A stretch of 64,000 nucleotides of DNA from Dehalococcoidia bacterium (GTDB lineage: Bacteria > Chloroflexota > Dehalococcoidia > Lucifugimonadales > UBA3495): contig OZ253540.1 in NCBI GenBank assembly GCA_965262485.1, forward strand, positions 3,606,080 through 3,670,079. Direction: 5' to 3'. A program made the position numbers and the translations under genes. Each line of letters opens with the position of its first letter. Position 1 is the first letter of the stretch. The notes under the pieces are model-generated. The model searched no databases. It saw only the letters and a program-made list of their open reading frames with translations, and had not been told where the DNA came from. This document shows, in pieces, positions 1 to 9,707 of the stretch.

Positions 1-319
1 ACATTATCAAAGCCTGTTTTTCTACATTGGTTACATCGCTATACCGACGTGTATTATGCTTTTCCAAAGGCTTTATATGAGCCGTCTGTCACCTATCGCG
101 TGAGCTGTCAATTACGACCCGGACTGCGCTGCATTGGTTGGTGCCATTCATTCCACGCTGCCGGCAATCGCATGCGATCCGGGATAGTTTGGCTATAACG
201 CACCTGACCATCTGCTGGCTCGGCCAGCGAGAACGCTGAAGAAACTCAGGGTTGTAGTTGAGGGCAGCATGGACGAAACCGACAAGGCGGATCAAGTCAC
301 ACCTTTAAGAGATACTGAC

Positions 320-1476
320 ATGAAAGACATAACATTTTTTCCGGTTGGCAATGCCGACACGTGCTTGCTGGCCACGGATGATGGAAGCCAGTTGCTGTTC
401 GACTTCGCCGCGCCCAAAAATCAAGGCGATGAGGACAAACGCATAGACCTGATTGAAGAATTTCGGAACAGGCTAGCCGAATCTGAACGGGACCACTTCG
501 ACATGGTTTCCTTCAGCCACCTGGACACGGATCATTTCGCCGGAGCATCCGAGTTCTTCTATTTGGAGCACGCAAAAAATACCAGGGTGAGGGAAGGGTT
601 CACATAAAGGAAATGTGGGTTCCTGCGGCGGCAATACTGGAAAGCCGTTGGGAGCAATCGGAGGAAGGTCGCATTGTTCAGGCTGAAGCCCGCCACCGCT
701 TGAAGGAAGGGAAGGGCATCCGCGTGATCTCCGAGCCCAAAGCCCTCGACAAGTGGCTGCCGGATGCAGGCGTAAAGCCGGACGAGCGGCGCCATCTGAT
801 TGTGAGTGCGGGGAACTGTATGCCGGGTTTCACCTTGGCAAGTGCCGGCGCTGAGATCTTTGTCCATTCACCGTTTTCGTACCAGCATGGCGGAAACACG
901 GAAGTCGACCGCAACGCTGAGTCGTCAGTTTTCCACCTGACGCTCCAGGACGGGGCAAAGCAAGTAAAGGTCTTCCTGACCGCCGATGCGCCCTATGAGG
1001 TACTGGAAGACATAGTCCGAGCTACCGAGAAAGCGGGTAACACCGACCGGTTGGAATGGGACCTGATGAAAGTCCCTCATCACTGCAGTTATAAGTCGCT
1101 GGGTCCTGACAAAGGTGCCGATGTGACTGAGCCTGCGGAGAAGGTGGCCCGCCTCTACGAACACTACGGCCGCGAGGGAGCCGTAGTGGTTTCGCCGAGC
1201 AACGTGATTCCAGAATCTGACGAAACGCAGCCACCTCATGTCCAGACTGCGGAGTATTACCGCAAGGTAGCTGAGGCGAAAAAAGGACAGTTCAAAGTCA
1301 CCATGGAACATCCGACCCAGGAGGATCCAAAACCCATGAAGGTCGAGGTGAGAGGACTGGGACTTGGTGCCACTGTGGTTGCAGGAAGTTCTACAAGCCC
1401 CAGCGGAAGTCGCCGTATGACCCATACCAGGACCTCCGAGAGCAGGAAGGGCGGGATGAGGCGAGGGGCAGACTGA
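320..1476 (+). pseudogene. MBL-fold metallo-hydrolase (ComEC/Rec2-type lactamase domain), split by a frameshift in an A6 run
   Basis: ORFs 269..607 and 613..1476 are consecutive pieces of one protein. The N-part has 'ITFFPVGNADTCLL' and metal motif 'SHLDTDH'; the C-part has 'KVPHHCSYKS'. One extra A in aaaaaa (574-579) would join them (...LEHAKKYQGEGRVHIKEMWVP...). Stop TGA 1474-1476 overlaps ATG 1476 of the next ORF (TGATG). Confidence 0.7.
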
Positions 1477-1895
1477 TGGCGCCAAAAGCCTCCGGTAGAG
1501 CGTTGGCAGACGTTGATGCCGACGCTCTTTCCATTCCCAAGGCCAAAGAATTGGCCATTTTTCTGCGTGCCGGCCACGGCGACGGGGCGCGGTTGGTCAG
1601 CTGCTGCCAATCGGTGGACCGAAGTGTTGAAGGTTTGACGATCGAGGTGTCAGTTTCGCTGCCACAGCGTCCGGCTAACGATATCAAGCCTAGCGAAACC
1701 ATCGTGGTCGGTTTTACCTCGGATGAGAGACTTCCACCCGGCGTTTTCTCGCCAAGACCAGATTTTCCATACGCTCCACATACGAATCTGCAAACCGCGG
1801 GGGAGTGGCGGAGTCTATGCCTTTACGACCAACCCTGGTACGAGGTCAAATTCGATTGGAATCCGGTACGCTTCCTGGAGCGCATCGTTTGGTGA
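1476..1895 (+). pseudogene. E2/UBC-like domain segment of an E2-E1-JAB fusion
   Basis: The C-terminal half 'PDFPYAPHTNLQTAGEWRSLCLYDQPWYEVKFDWNPVRFLERIVW' fits the UBC core pattern H-[PT]-N ... C-L ... W-x-P. It is in the same frame as ORF 1920..2738, separated only by TGA 1893-1895 (IVW*LEETAHGSL). The downstream ORF has no ATG (track start is TTG). Confidence 0.6.
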
Positions 1896-3482
1896 CTTGA
1901 AGAGACGGCGCACGGTTCGTTGCACCAACCGGACCAGCCTCTGGAGCCTCTGTTATTCGGTTCGTATTCAGACCTGATTATCCCAAGTGAACTTCTCACC
2001 ATGCCTCGGGGCTCGCACCGTTGGGCTCGGGTCAGGCGTATCAACCGGACGGCTGGCAACTACACCCTGGCGCTCGGTGGACTGACAGGCGTACCGAAAG
2101 CTGATGCGGAAGATCAATGTGCCGTAGTGGTCATGGCTACTCGGCCGATGACGCATGGTCTTATTCGGTCTACGCCCCGCACGCTGGGAGAATTGCATAA
2201 CCTTCTACTTGAAGGCGGCGTCAACGTTAACCGCGAGTTGAAGGGCATTTTCGACGGCTGGAATAGACGTTCCAATGCAGACGAGTTGAAAGATGTCCTC
2301 GCTGCCCAGTTGGTTATTGTGGTCCGACTCCCAAAAAGACGGCGGGATGGAGGTGCGGTTGAAACCGTCGAGTTTAGGGCGTTTAAGGTGCAGGACGCTG
2401 TTGGGATAGTAGGCGCTCGCCTTGGAATGGAGTGGCACTGTAGCGAGATCGAAGACCCCAACCCATCCGCGGCGCGACAGCAGAACGGACCTGAAACGGG
2501 ACTGACCTTACTGAATGTTCGAGAAGTTTTCACAAAGGAACTGGCGCGCCGGTCCAACGGGCTGAGCCATACAAGTTCCGACCCGCGGGTGACGGCAATC
2601 GGGGCTGGGGCGCTTGGGTCACCGGTCCTAACGAATTTGACGCGGTCGGGATATGGGCGGCTGACAGTCGTCGATGGGGATGTATTGCATCCCCATAATC
2701 TGGCGCGCCATGCTCTCGGTGCATCATACGTTGGGTAGTATAAGGCAGAGGCGCTTGCTTCCGACCTTTCCAAAATAATGGCTGAGGAGCCTCCGGTCAG
2801 ATCAATCGTCGCGAACGTGCTGTATCCCGGAAACAAGACAGGCGCACTGGAAGCGGCGTACCAGGACGCTGACCTGATTCTGGATATGGCCGCCTCGATA
2901 CCGGTGTCCAGGCATCTGGTGTATGACGTGAGCAGCGGGGCTCGCCGGGCGTCGTTGTTGCTGAACCCTTCGGGCAAAGCTTTGACCTTGCTCGCCGAGG
3001 ATGCCGTTCGCGAAATACCGCTGGATTCGCTGGAGATGCAATTTTACCGAGCCATCGCGAGAGACCCGGGACTGTCGTCGTTGCTGGACCATCCCGATCG
3101 GAACAGGATAGGACAGACCTGCCGGGATATTTCGGCGGAAATTGCCCAAGACGACGTCGCGATGCATGGCGGGATGGGAAGTCGGTCGGTGCGGCAGCTA
3201 TCCGAGTGTGGCAGAGCCCGAATCCGAACGTGGCTCTCGGATGAACACGACAATTATCGGCTGGTGATGGATATCGAGCCGGCAGTGCCGATCCGATACA
3301 CCAAAGGGGACTGGACGGTAGTTTTGGATACTGAGCTATTGGATACATTGGCTCGGATGCGGGAGTGCCGTTTACCCAATGAGACCGGTGGGGTCCTCCT
3401 CGGATCTTGCGATCGTTCCCGTAAGATTCTCTACGTAGTTGATGCCTTGCCGTCGCCATGGACAGCGAAGAACGCAGGATAA
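1896..3482 (+). pseudogene. ThiF/E1-like adenylyltransferase segment with an in-frame TAG
   Basis: Rossmann motif 'VTAIGAGALGSPVLTNLTRSGYGRLTVVDGDVLHPHNLARHAL'. TAG at 2736-2738 interrupts 'GASYVG*YKAEALASDLSKIMAEEP' with the frame conserved into ORF 2778..3482 ('DADLILDMAAS'). The 3' end already encodes the first JAB motif ('NETGGVLLG'). Confidence 0.75.
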
Positions 3483-3718
3483 GTTACATCCGCGGAACCA
3501 AAGGGTTGTCGAAAGAAGTTGAGCGGATTGTGCATGTTACCGGCTCGAATCTGGCCTACGTAGGCGAATGGCATTCACATCCTGATGGGCACGGCGTGGA
3601 ACCCAGCGCTGATGATAAGCGGTTACTGAATTGGATATGGGCTGGCATGCAGGAGGAAGGGGAGACCGGGGTGATGTGCATCATAGGGGAAGGGAAACAA
3701 CTGGGTGTTTACCTGTAA
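3458..3718 (+). pseudogene. JAB/MPN (JAMM) metalloprotease segment
   Basis: 'VGEWHSHPDGHGVEPSADD' is the H-x-H...S-x-x-D JAMM motif. The matching Glu motif lies upstream in another frame (ORF 2778..3482), so a +/-1 shift near 3455-3482 splits one JAB domain. Confidence 0.8.
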
Positions 3719-3852
3719 CGCGGATAGCGGACGTCATCGATATTCATTGCGACCGGTTGGGGGATGGAGTGTTTTTCCAGGCCCAAAGGCTACGTATGGC
3801 GTACGGCAGGCCGCCAGCAGCGGTTTAGGCCATAGGCTTGAAACGGTCCCGT

Positions 3853-4005
3853 ATGGCTCAGAAGAATGATGTTGGTTTGGTTTTGTCCGGCGGTGGCTTC
3901 CGCGCGACGCTCTTTCACTTGGGGGCGGTATGGAGGCTGAACGAGCTGGCTTTGCTTCAATCCGTTGCGATCGCCAATACGCAGCCCCTCTGCCCTCAAT
4001 GCTAG
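3853..4005 (+). pseudogene. patatin-like phospholipase, N-terminal fragment (50 codons)
   Basis: ATG 3853 gives 'MAQKNDVGLVLSGGGFRATLFHLGAVWRLNELALLQSV...' with the patatin oxyanion motif GGGxR[AG]. Similarity ends about codon 38 and TAG is at 4003-4005. It is below the ORF-track length cutoff. Confidence 0.55.
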
Positions 4006-4095
4006 TCCCGCACAGTCTAATAATGTCAAGATCGGTCAGCTCGACGCCGCGTCCTATTCTGCTAAAAAATGCACAACACAATACAGGAGGGAATT

Positions 4096-4887
4096 GTGAG
4101 CACGACCGTTCATTTCATTGACGTGGGGCAAGGTAACATGGTGCTGGTCCAGTGCGCGAGCGGCACCAATTTCGTCGTAGATTGCAATATCACGGAGGAC
4201 AACAAAGATCGCGTCCTCGGATACGTTGCCGGGCAGATAGGCTCGGGCAGTCGGTTGCACGCCTTTATTTGCACGCACCGGGATGCGGACCATATGAAGG
4301 GCGTCCGAACCCTTCATAACCAATTCCCAATCCGGGAAGTCTATGATAGCGGTTATCCCGGCACGTCAACGGACACAGACGAATACAAAGCCTACATGCA
4401 ACTCCGGAGGGACGTGGGGCACCGGATTATTGAGAAGCAGAAATACAATGACTATGGGCGAACGCGGTTCCGATATCTGAGCGCGAAAGACGACAGACTG
4501 TCGGGCAACGCCAACGATCAGGGGATCGTTCTTAAAGTGGAGCAACGGAACCCCGATATGTCCCGGGTCTTGGGCAGCACGATCCTAACCGGCGACGGCA
4601 GTTGCGCCGTATGGAAAGACGGCATCATGAAAGATTATGCTCCCAGTCAATTGTCGTGCAACATCTTGATGGCTGCCCATCACGGCTCTCTCGACTTTTT
4701 TGATGACCCAAGCAACAACCGTTACATGAAACATATGGAAGCCATGAAACCCGCCATGACCATCGTTTCCGTGGGACCGAACAACTATGGCCATCCCGAT
4801 CCCACAGCACTAAGGTTGTACCGAGAGAATTCCAGCGGCTCAAACCAAGGCAACAAGTGTATAGGACCGACCAGCAACACACGATGA
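4096..4887 (+). CDS. MBL-fold metallo-hydrolase (ComEC C-terminal-like)
   Basis: 'VHFIDVGQGNMVLV', 'CTHRDADH', 'AAHHGS'. The likely start is GTG 4096, 5 nt after AGGAGG (4085-4090); the track start is 4069. It has the same unusual H-x-D-x-D-H variant as the first MBL gene. Confidence 0.75.
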   Translation: MSTTVHFIDVGQGNMVLVQCASGTNFVVDCNITEDNKDRVLGYVAGQIGSGSRLHAFICTHRDADHMKGVRTLHNQFPIREVYDSGYPGTSTDTDEYKAYMQLRRDVGHRIIEKQKYNDYGRTRFRYLSAKDDRLSGNANDQGIVLKVEQRNPDMSRVLGSTILTGDGSCAVWKDGIMKDYAPSQLSCNILMAAHHGSLDFFDDPSNNRYMKHMEAMKPAMTIVSVGPNNYGHPDPTALRLYRENSSGSNQGNKCIGPTSNTR

Positions 4888-4919
4888 AGCTGACCTTGAA
4901 ATCCAGGGTCTTTCAGTTT

Positions 4920-6033
4920 TCAAGGGTTAGCCAAGCCCAGGATGGCTAAGGCTTGGCCCGGCGCCCAGCCGATGCGCCGTATTGCCGCCGCGATGTTGGT
5001 CTCCCCACCGCTCCGCAACAGTCCCAAGACCACGTTGCGCAATGCCGCCATCACCTGGGGCGCTGCCCCGGTTCTCACCTGGGATGCGTCCTCCCCCAGG
5101 GTCACATCCCGAACGTAGTGCAGCCGGTTCTCAATTCCCCAGTGGCCCCGTACATACCCCAGCAGTTTCCCCGGCCCGGTCTCCCTCCCCAGGCTGGTGA
5201 TAGCGTAGCGCGTCTCCATAGACACGCTCCCCTGCTGTTTCACCCGCCGCCGCACCTCGCAGACCTGCCGCACCCCGGGCCAGTCCAGGTATTCATTCAG
5301 CGCCTCCGTAGCCCGCAACTGCCGCGTCTCCCAGCGATCCCCGTGACGGCCCCGCCGCCGGGCCTGTCGGTACTGGGCCCCCCAGATCGGCTCGGCAAAG
5401 GCCAGGGCAATGGCATCGTACAGTTCCCGCTGGTTCTTTTTCACGATGACCAGATAGTCGCCCCCAGCGTCCAGCAACTGTTGGCAATAGTCCCGCTGAC
5501 AATACAAGGCATCCCCGGTAATCACGTTACCCGCCACCGGCAGCAGTTCCGCCGTCAGTTGCCGGGCCGTTGTCAGTTCCCCCGGTACCGGCCCCACCCC
5601 CCTTTTGCCCTACCACCAGGCTGGATTCGTGAGCATATCCGGCCACCAGGCGCACCCCGGGCAACTCTGGGCCGTGGATCCCCCGCAGGGCTTTGCCGTC
5701 CACCGCAATAGCGCTCCCTGCCGGCAGTCCCGCCCGGCTCCACTCGGCCAGGGCGGACTTGAAGGCGGCCGCGTCCAGCCGACGGAATACGGTATGAAGG
5801 CTGCCCACCGCTGGCGTCCTGGGCCGGGTGAAACCCATGGCCTGCACCGTGGCGGCATCTTGCTGGCGACCCCATTGATGAATCGCGTAGAGGCTGCGGG
5901 CCCCGGAGAGCATGGCGCAGACGGCCAGCGTCAGGATGGCCGGCAGAGGATGACGCCGTCCCCGCAATCCCCGGGGGTCCGGTACCGAAGCCAGGACGGC
6001 GGGCAGGCTTTGCGCTAGTTCCGTCGTGTTCAT
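4920..6033 (-). pseudogene. ISAs1-family transposase, frameshifted
   Basis: 'MNTTELAQSLPAVLASVPDPRGLRGRRHPLPAILTLAVCAMLSGARSLYAIHQWG...IAVDGKALRG' (ORF 5527..6147) continues as '...[17 protein letters not shown]...[20 protein letters not shown]' (ORF 4920..5597). The frame break is in the C6 run at 5597-5602. The likely Met is at 6033. Confidence 0.8.
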
Positions 6034-6047
6034 ATCCCCCAGTCTAA

Positions 6048-6909
6048 GAGCCTGTCTACGATCTCTGAAATAGGTTAAGTTGAGGCTATTATTCAGGGGA
6101 GGGTAATCATGTCTCATTCCTATCCCAGCGACATCAGCCGGGAGCAATTCGCCCGTATTCTGCCGACGCTGGAGTCGGCCCGCCGCCGGACCAAGCCCCG
6201 CACCGTGGACTTGTATGACGTTTTCTGCGGTGTGCTATATCTCCTGAAAAGCGGGTGCCAGTGGCGAATGATACCCGCGGACTTCCCCGATTGGCGCACC
6301 TGCTACCAGTATTTCCGGCAATGGAGTGAGCGGCCCGACCCGGAGCAGGATTCCATTCTGGAACAAGTCCTAAAAAAAATCGGTTGGCGCGGCCCGACGC
6401 AGCAATGGGCGGAAAGAGCGGACCAGCTTCTGTATCGTGGACTCCCAGAGTGTCAAGAACACGGACAGCGCCGAGCACAAGGGCTATGACGCGGGCAAGA
6501 AGGTATCCGGAATCAAGCGACACATCGCGGTGGATACGCAAGGATTGCCCCATGCGATCCACATAACCACGGCCAACGTCACCGACCGGGCTGGGGCTTT
6601 GGCGATGTTTGACCGGCGCCGAGACGGCCTCAGTCAAGTGCAGAACGTGCTGGTGGACGGGGGTTACACCGGAAAGCCCTTTGCTGCTGCGGTGCAAAGC
6701 TTGTTGGGAGCCGCGGTGGAAGTGGTGAAACGCAGCGAACTGCACACCTTCGTGGTGCTGCCGAAGCGATGGGTGGTGGAGCGGTCTTTCGCCTGGCTGG
6801 AGAAGTGCCGCCGCCTCTGGAAGAACTGCGAAAGAAAGCTCAATACCAGCCTGCAAATGGTGGTGCTTGCCTTCATGGTGCTAATCCTCAAAAGATTGTA
6901 AACAGGCTC
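6048..6909 (+). mobile_element. IS5-family (IS427-like) element, copy 1, nested in the ISAs1 element
   Basis: IRs are GAGCCTGTCTACGATCT (6048-6064) and GAGCCTGTTTACAATCT (reverse complement of 6893-6909). TAA lies on both flanks (6045-6047, 6910-6912). It is inserted 14 bp upstream of the ISAs1 transposase start. Confidence 0.85.
6109..6901 (+). CDS. IS5-family transposase, two-frame OrfA/OrfB
   Basis: OrfA is 6109..6489 ('YLLKSGCQWRMIPADFPDWRTCYQYFRQW'). OrfB frame is 6437..6901 ('DSQSVKNTD...GYDAGKKVSGIKRHIAVDTQGLP...VERSFAWLEKCRRL'). An A8 run at 6372-6379 lies upstream of the overlap; one A fewer fuses the frames, as seen in copy 2. Confidence 0.85.
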
Positions 6910-7024
6910 TAAGGCTTCTTCTGAAAACTGAAAGACCCTGCCTTGAAATCCGGTGGTGGTTGCGATATAGCAACTAACCAGTGATCAGTCATATCGACAA
7001 CGACGAATTATCTCGCCCGCCACC

Positions 7025-7782
7025 ATGCCATTTGTTGACCCCTACACCTTCCGAGCGCGAATTCAGCCCGCGCTCGTTGTTGTCTTGCCGTTGGGCTTCC
7101 TGATGTTTGCGCTGCTCCCGGAGCATCCGTTTTTCGTAACTGCGTTCTTTGCGCTTTTGGGTGCTGCGGGCGGCACCGCTGTTGTGGCGCAATTAGGACG
7201 GGAACGAGGCCGCAAGAAGGAGCCAAATCTGTGGAAAAGTTGGGGTGCCCACCCACAACCCGCCTGCTCCGGCATCGCCGCCAGGAAGGCGACGATGCGT
7301 TAGCACCTGGGTTGCGCCGGCAAGTCGAGGAGTGGATCGGTTATCCGCTTCCTACCGAGCAGGAGGAGGAAGCCAATCCCTCGTGGGCAGACACGAAATA
7401 CGAGGAGGCCGTAACGTCTCTGCGCGAGGCTACTCGGGATACCTCTAGGTTTCCACTGGTCTTTGCCGAGAACGCTAACTACGGTTTCAGGCGCAACTTG
7501 TGGGGCTTGAAGCCAATTGGGGCACTCATCGCCGCCGTGCTCGTTATGGTCTCTTGGACGCTGCTGCTGCTAACCATATGGGGGCGACCTTGGCCAGATC
7601 CGTGGTGGGACGTATTCGCAAACCCGGATAGCGTCGCAGTGATCCGGCTTGCGGTCGCGGTTGCGGACACGGCCCTCGCTGCTTTTTGGATATTTTGGGT
7701 CAAGCCGTCATGGGTCAAGGCTGTAGCCGACGCTTATGCGATACGGCTCATGGAATCCGTGCAGACGCTGAGGAGCGGCTGA
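7025..7782 (+). pseudogene. 4-TM membrane protein of unknown function, frameshifted
   Basis: ORF 7025..7303 (two TM helices, '...KKEPNLWKSWG') continues in ORF 7231..7782 ('PPTTRLLRHRR...' plus two more TM helices). The frames overlap and the shift lies near the G/C runs at 7242-7252. Confidence 0.55.
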
Positions 7783-8091
7783 TCCGGTGTCTCTTCGCGC
7801 GAAGATGAACATGGGCGCAGCGGTACGTCTGGGGTGTCTTGGGCGGTGTGTCTAGCGGGCTGGATAGGCCCCCGTTTGATCTCGTGGGTGCGCACGCCGT
7901 TCTGGGCCATGCTGTTCCGCGTCAACTAGATTTGCGGCATCCTGTTGCCTCACTCAGAATTGTTACCGACCGCTGGGGACGCAATCATGTGGGTGGGGCG
8001 TCAGGAGAATGGCAAAACAGAGAATTCCCTGTGGCGAACTCACATCTATCTTCGGATAGCCAACGAATATGTTGTGTGATACGATCTATCA

Positions 8092-8640
8092 ATGGCAAGC
8101 AATTTTGCCCAGTCGGATGGCGAACTGGCACTCGTTCCAGGCGGCAGTAACTGGGTCTACGGCGATCGTTTCTTCGATCGAGCGACCGAGATCGAAGCGC
8201 TGCGGGAGCGTGTGGAAAACGGCACGCACACGCTCCTGACCGCACAGCGCCGCATGGGCAAGACGAGCCTGGTGCGGGAACTGCTGCGTCGATTGGATGA
8301 CGAAGGGCAGTTTGCCACCGTGTTCGTGATCTGGAAGCCGCCATGGACGGGGCTGACGCCGTCACTGAGATGGCGATCCAGGCTCAATCGGTCCAGAGCA
8401 TCTGGAGGCGGATCCAGACGTGGTCCGCCAACCGCCTGGGGGACATCCGCGACAATGCGGAGGAGGTGGGAGTATCCGAGCTGAAGGTGCGGTTACGCGC
8501 CGGGATGGACGCCGGAAACTGGCAGCGCGATGGCGACCGGTTCTTTGAAGCTCTGGCAGCCAACGAACGGCCGGTGGTGCTGTCCATCGACGAGCTTTCC
8601 ATCCTCGTAAACCGTCTGCTGAAGGGGTTCCGTTTGGTTT
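8092..8640 (+). pseudogene. AAA/Arch_ATPase-like ATPase, frameshifted and 3'-truncated
   Basis: Walker A 'TAQRRMGKTSLVRELL' is in ORF 8092..8484. Walker B 'PVVLSIDELSIL' is in ORF 8343..9038. The frame break is near 8326-8345. Protein-like sequence stops about 8635, where the ORF runs antisense into the next gene. Confidence 0.6.
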
Positions 8641-9242
8641 CAAGTGATAGCAACAGGGGCATCAAGTACCGTACCACCCAAAAGCAAACGGAATCCGCCG
8701 TCGGCCAGCTCGCCGGCCAACCGCAGCATCTCGGGGCCCAGGGTTCCGAGATACACCGGCGTGTTTGGCGGTGGATTGATGGCGATTCCGATGTCGCGAT
8801 AGTTGATGTGCACACCCTGATAATTCACCGATTCGCCGCGCACCAGGCCGCGAACAGTGGTCAGGTAGTCGCGCATCAGTCCGAGGGCCGACGTGCGGGG
8901 GAATCCCAGGGCGCGCCGGTTGGCGGGACGATAGGCGCTGCCGGAGCCGATGCCCATGATGAACTTGCCGCCGGTTTGCTGGCTCATGGTGCCGCCCGAC
9001 ATGGCAAACCCGATGGGAGTTCGGTACATGACCGGTGAGACGCCGATGCCGGTGATAAGACCGCCGGGAACCACTTCGGCGCTGGTCTGCCAGCGGCGGG
9101 CACAGACCTGGAAGGAATCGGTGCCGATGTTTTCGGGCGTCCAGATGCTTTCGTAACCGAGCTGGGCAGCCTCGCGGGCGAGATTGGCCTGGTCGTCCCA
9201 ATTCATGCCCAAAGTGTGGTCAAGTCCAACGCCAATTTCCAT
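8640..9242 (-). pseudogene. LLM-class (luciferase-like) flavin/F420 oxidoreductase, C-terminally truncated
   Basis: 'MEIGVGLDH...LAREAAQLGYESIWTPENIG...GKFIMGIGSG...LGTLGPEMLRLAGELADGG' is the typical N-terminal ~185 aa of a ~300-aa family. The tail 'FRLLLGGTVLDAPVAIT' is unrelated. Confidence 0.65.
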
Positions 9243-9398
9243 CTAAAAACCCCTCCGGCGATGCGTGTTTGCGCTTGAAAGTCAACGCTGGGATTGTATC
9301 ACGCAGGGTCATCGCAAGTGGTTATTGCGATGCTTCGTTGTAGGGGCAGGCAGCCGTGTGGGATACTGGATTACGGAGAGCTAAAAGGAGAACTAACG

Positions 9399-9599
9399 AT
9401 GAATACCGTAGCGGAAATTCAGCAAGCAATTTTAGAGCTTCCCGAATCGGACTACATCCAATTGAGCCGTTGGTTTCACCAACTCGATTGGAAACAGTGG
9501 GACTTGGAAACAGTGACAGATTCCCATGACGGAAGGCTGGACTTTCTGGTCGCGCAAGCCACAAAAGCCAAAGTAGACGGCACGCTGCAAGAACTCTGA
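9399..9599 (+). CDS. small hypothetical protein (antitoxin-like size and context)
   Basis: ATG 9399 is preceded by AAAGGAG (9384-9390). The 66-aa product is 'MNTVAEIQQAILELPESDYIQLSRWFHQLDW...'. Stop TGA overlaps the next ATG (TGATG). Confidence 0.5.
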   Translation: MNTVAEIQQAILELPESDYIQLSRWFHQLDWKQWDLETVTDSHDGRLDFLVAQATKAKVDGTLQEL

Positions 9600-9697
9600 T
9601 GCAATCGGTAGCCTTCGGCTACTGCAACCGGGTTAAGGGCAAATGCCCGCAAGGATACCTAATCGACCGCCTCCACGAGCTGGGCATAGTGGCGTAA
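9599..9697 (+). pseudogene. HNH-endonuclease 3' remnant (copy a)
   Basis: The 32-codon ORF 'MQSVAFGYCNRVKGKCPQGYLIDRLHELGIVA' matches the C-terminal C-N-x-x-K-G tail of HNH nucleases. It also matches remnant b at 10562..10720. Confidence 0.35.
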
Positions 9698-9707
9698 AGA
9701 AGGAAAT

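Larger units (their letters stand above)
4904..6940 (-). mobile_element. ISAs1-family insertion sequence carrying a nested IS5-family element
   Basis: 19-bp terminal inverted repeats CAGGGTCTTTCAGTTTTCA sit at 4904-4922 and (reverse complement) 6922-6940. A perfect 10-bp target duplication CCTTGAAATC sits at 4894-4903 and 6941-6950. The element is about 1.17 kb without the nested IS. Confidence 0.85.

Noticed and set aside
1893-2738. Stop-codon reassignment (TGA or TAG as sense) to explain the in-frame stops
   Set aside because: TGA, TAG and TAA all terminate well-supported genes in the same window, and the same locus also carries frameshifts. Pseudogenisation is the simpler explanation.
2114-2977. 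Long antisense or overlapping ORFs throughout the window. Examples are 925..1485-, 2114..2977-, 4953..5711+, 22731..23465-, 29325..30203+, 34064..34861+ and 38360..39157+. Further examples are 40663..41586+, 42315..43262-, 42677..43555+, 43365..44087-, 47568..48404-, 58325..59011- and 62761..63495+.
   Set aside because: These are typical shadow ORFs of a high-GC genome. They give Arg/Pro/Gly/Ala-rich low-complexity translations, have no recognisable motifs, and each overlaps a gene with clear family signatures on another frame or strand.
269-4887. Calling the E2-E1-JAB locus a type II CBASS operon
   Set aside because: No CD-NTase/cyclase-like ORF is present in the window. The gene coupled to the E2-E1 frame is an MBL hydrolase. 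Only a 50-codon patatin fragment hints at a CBASS-like effector. A cyclase upstream of position 1 cannot be excluded.
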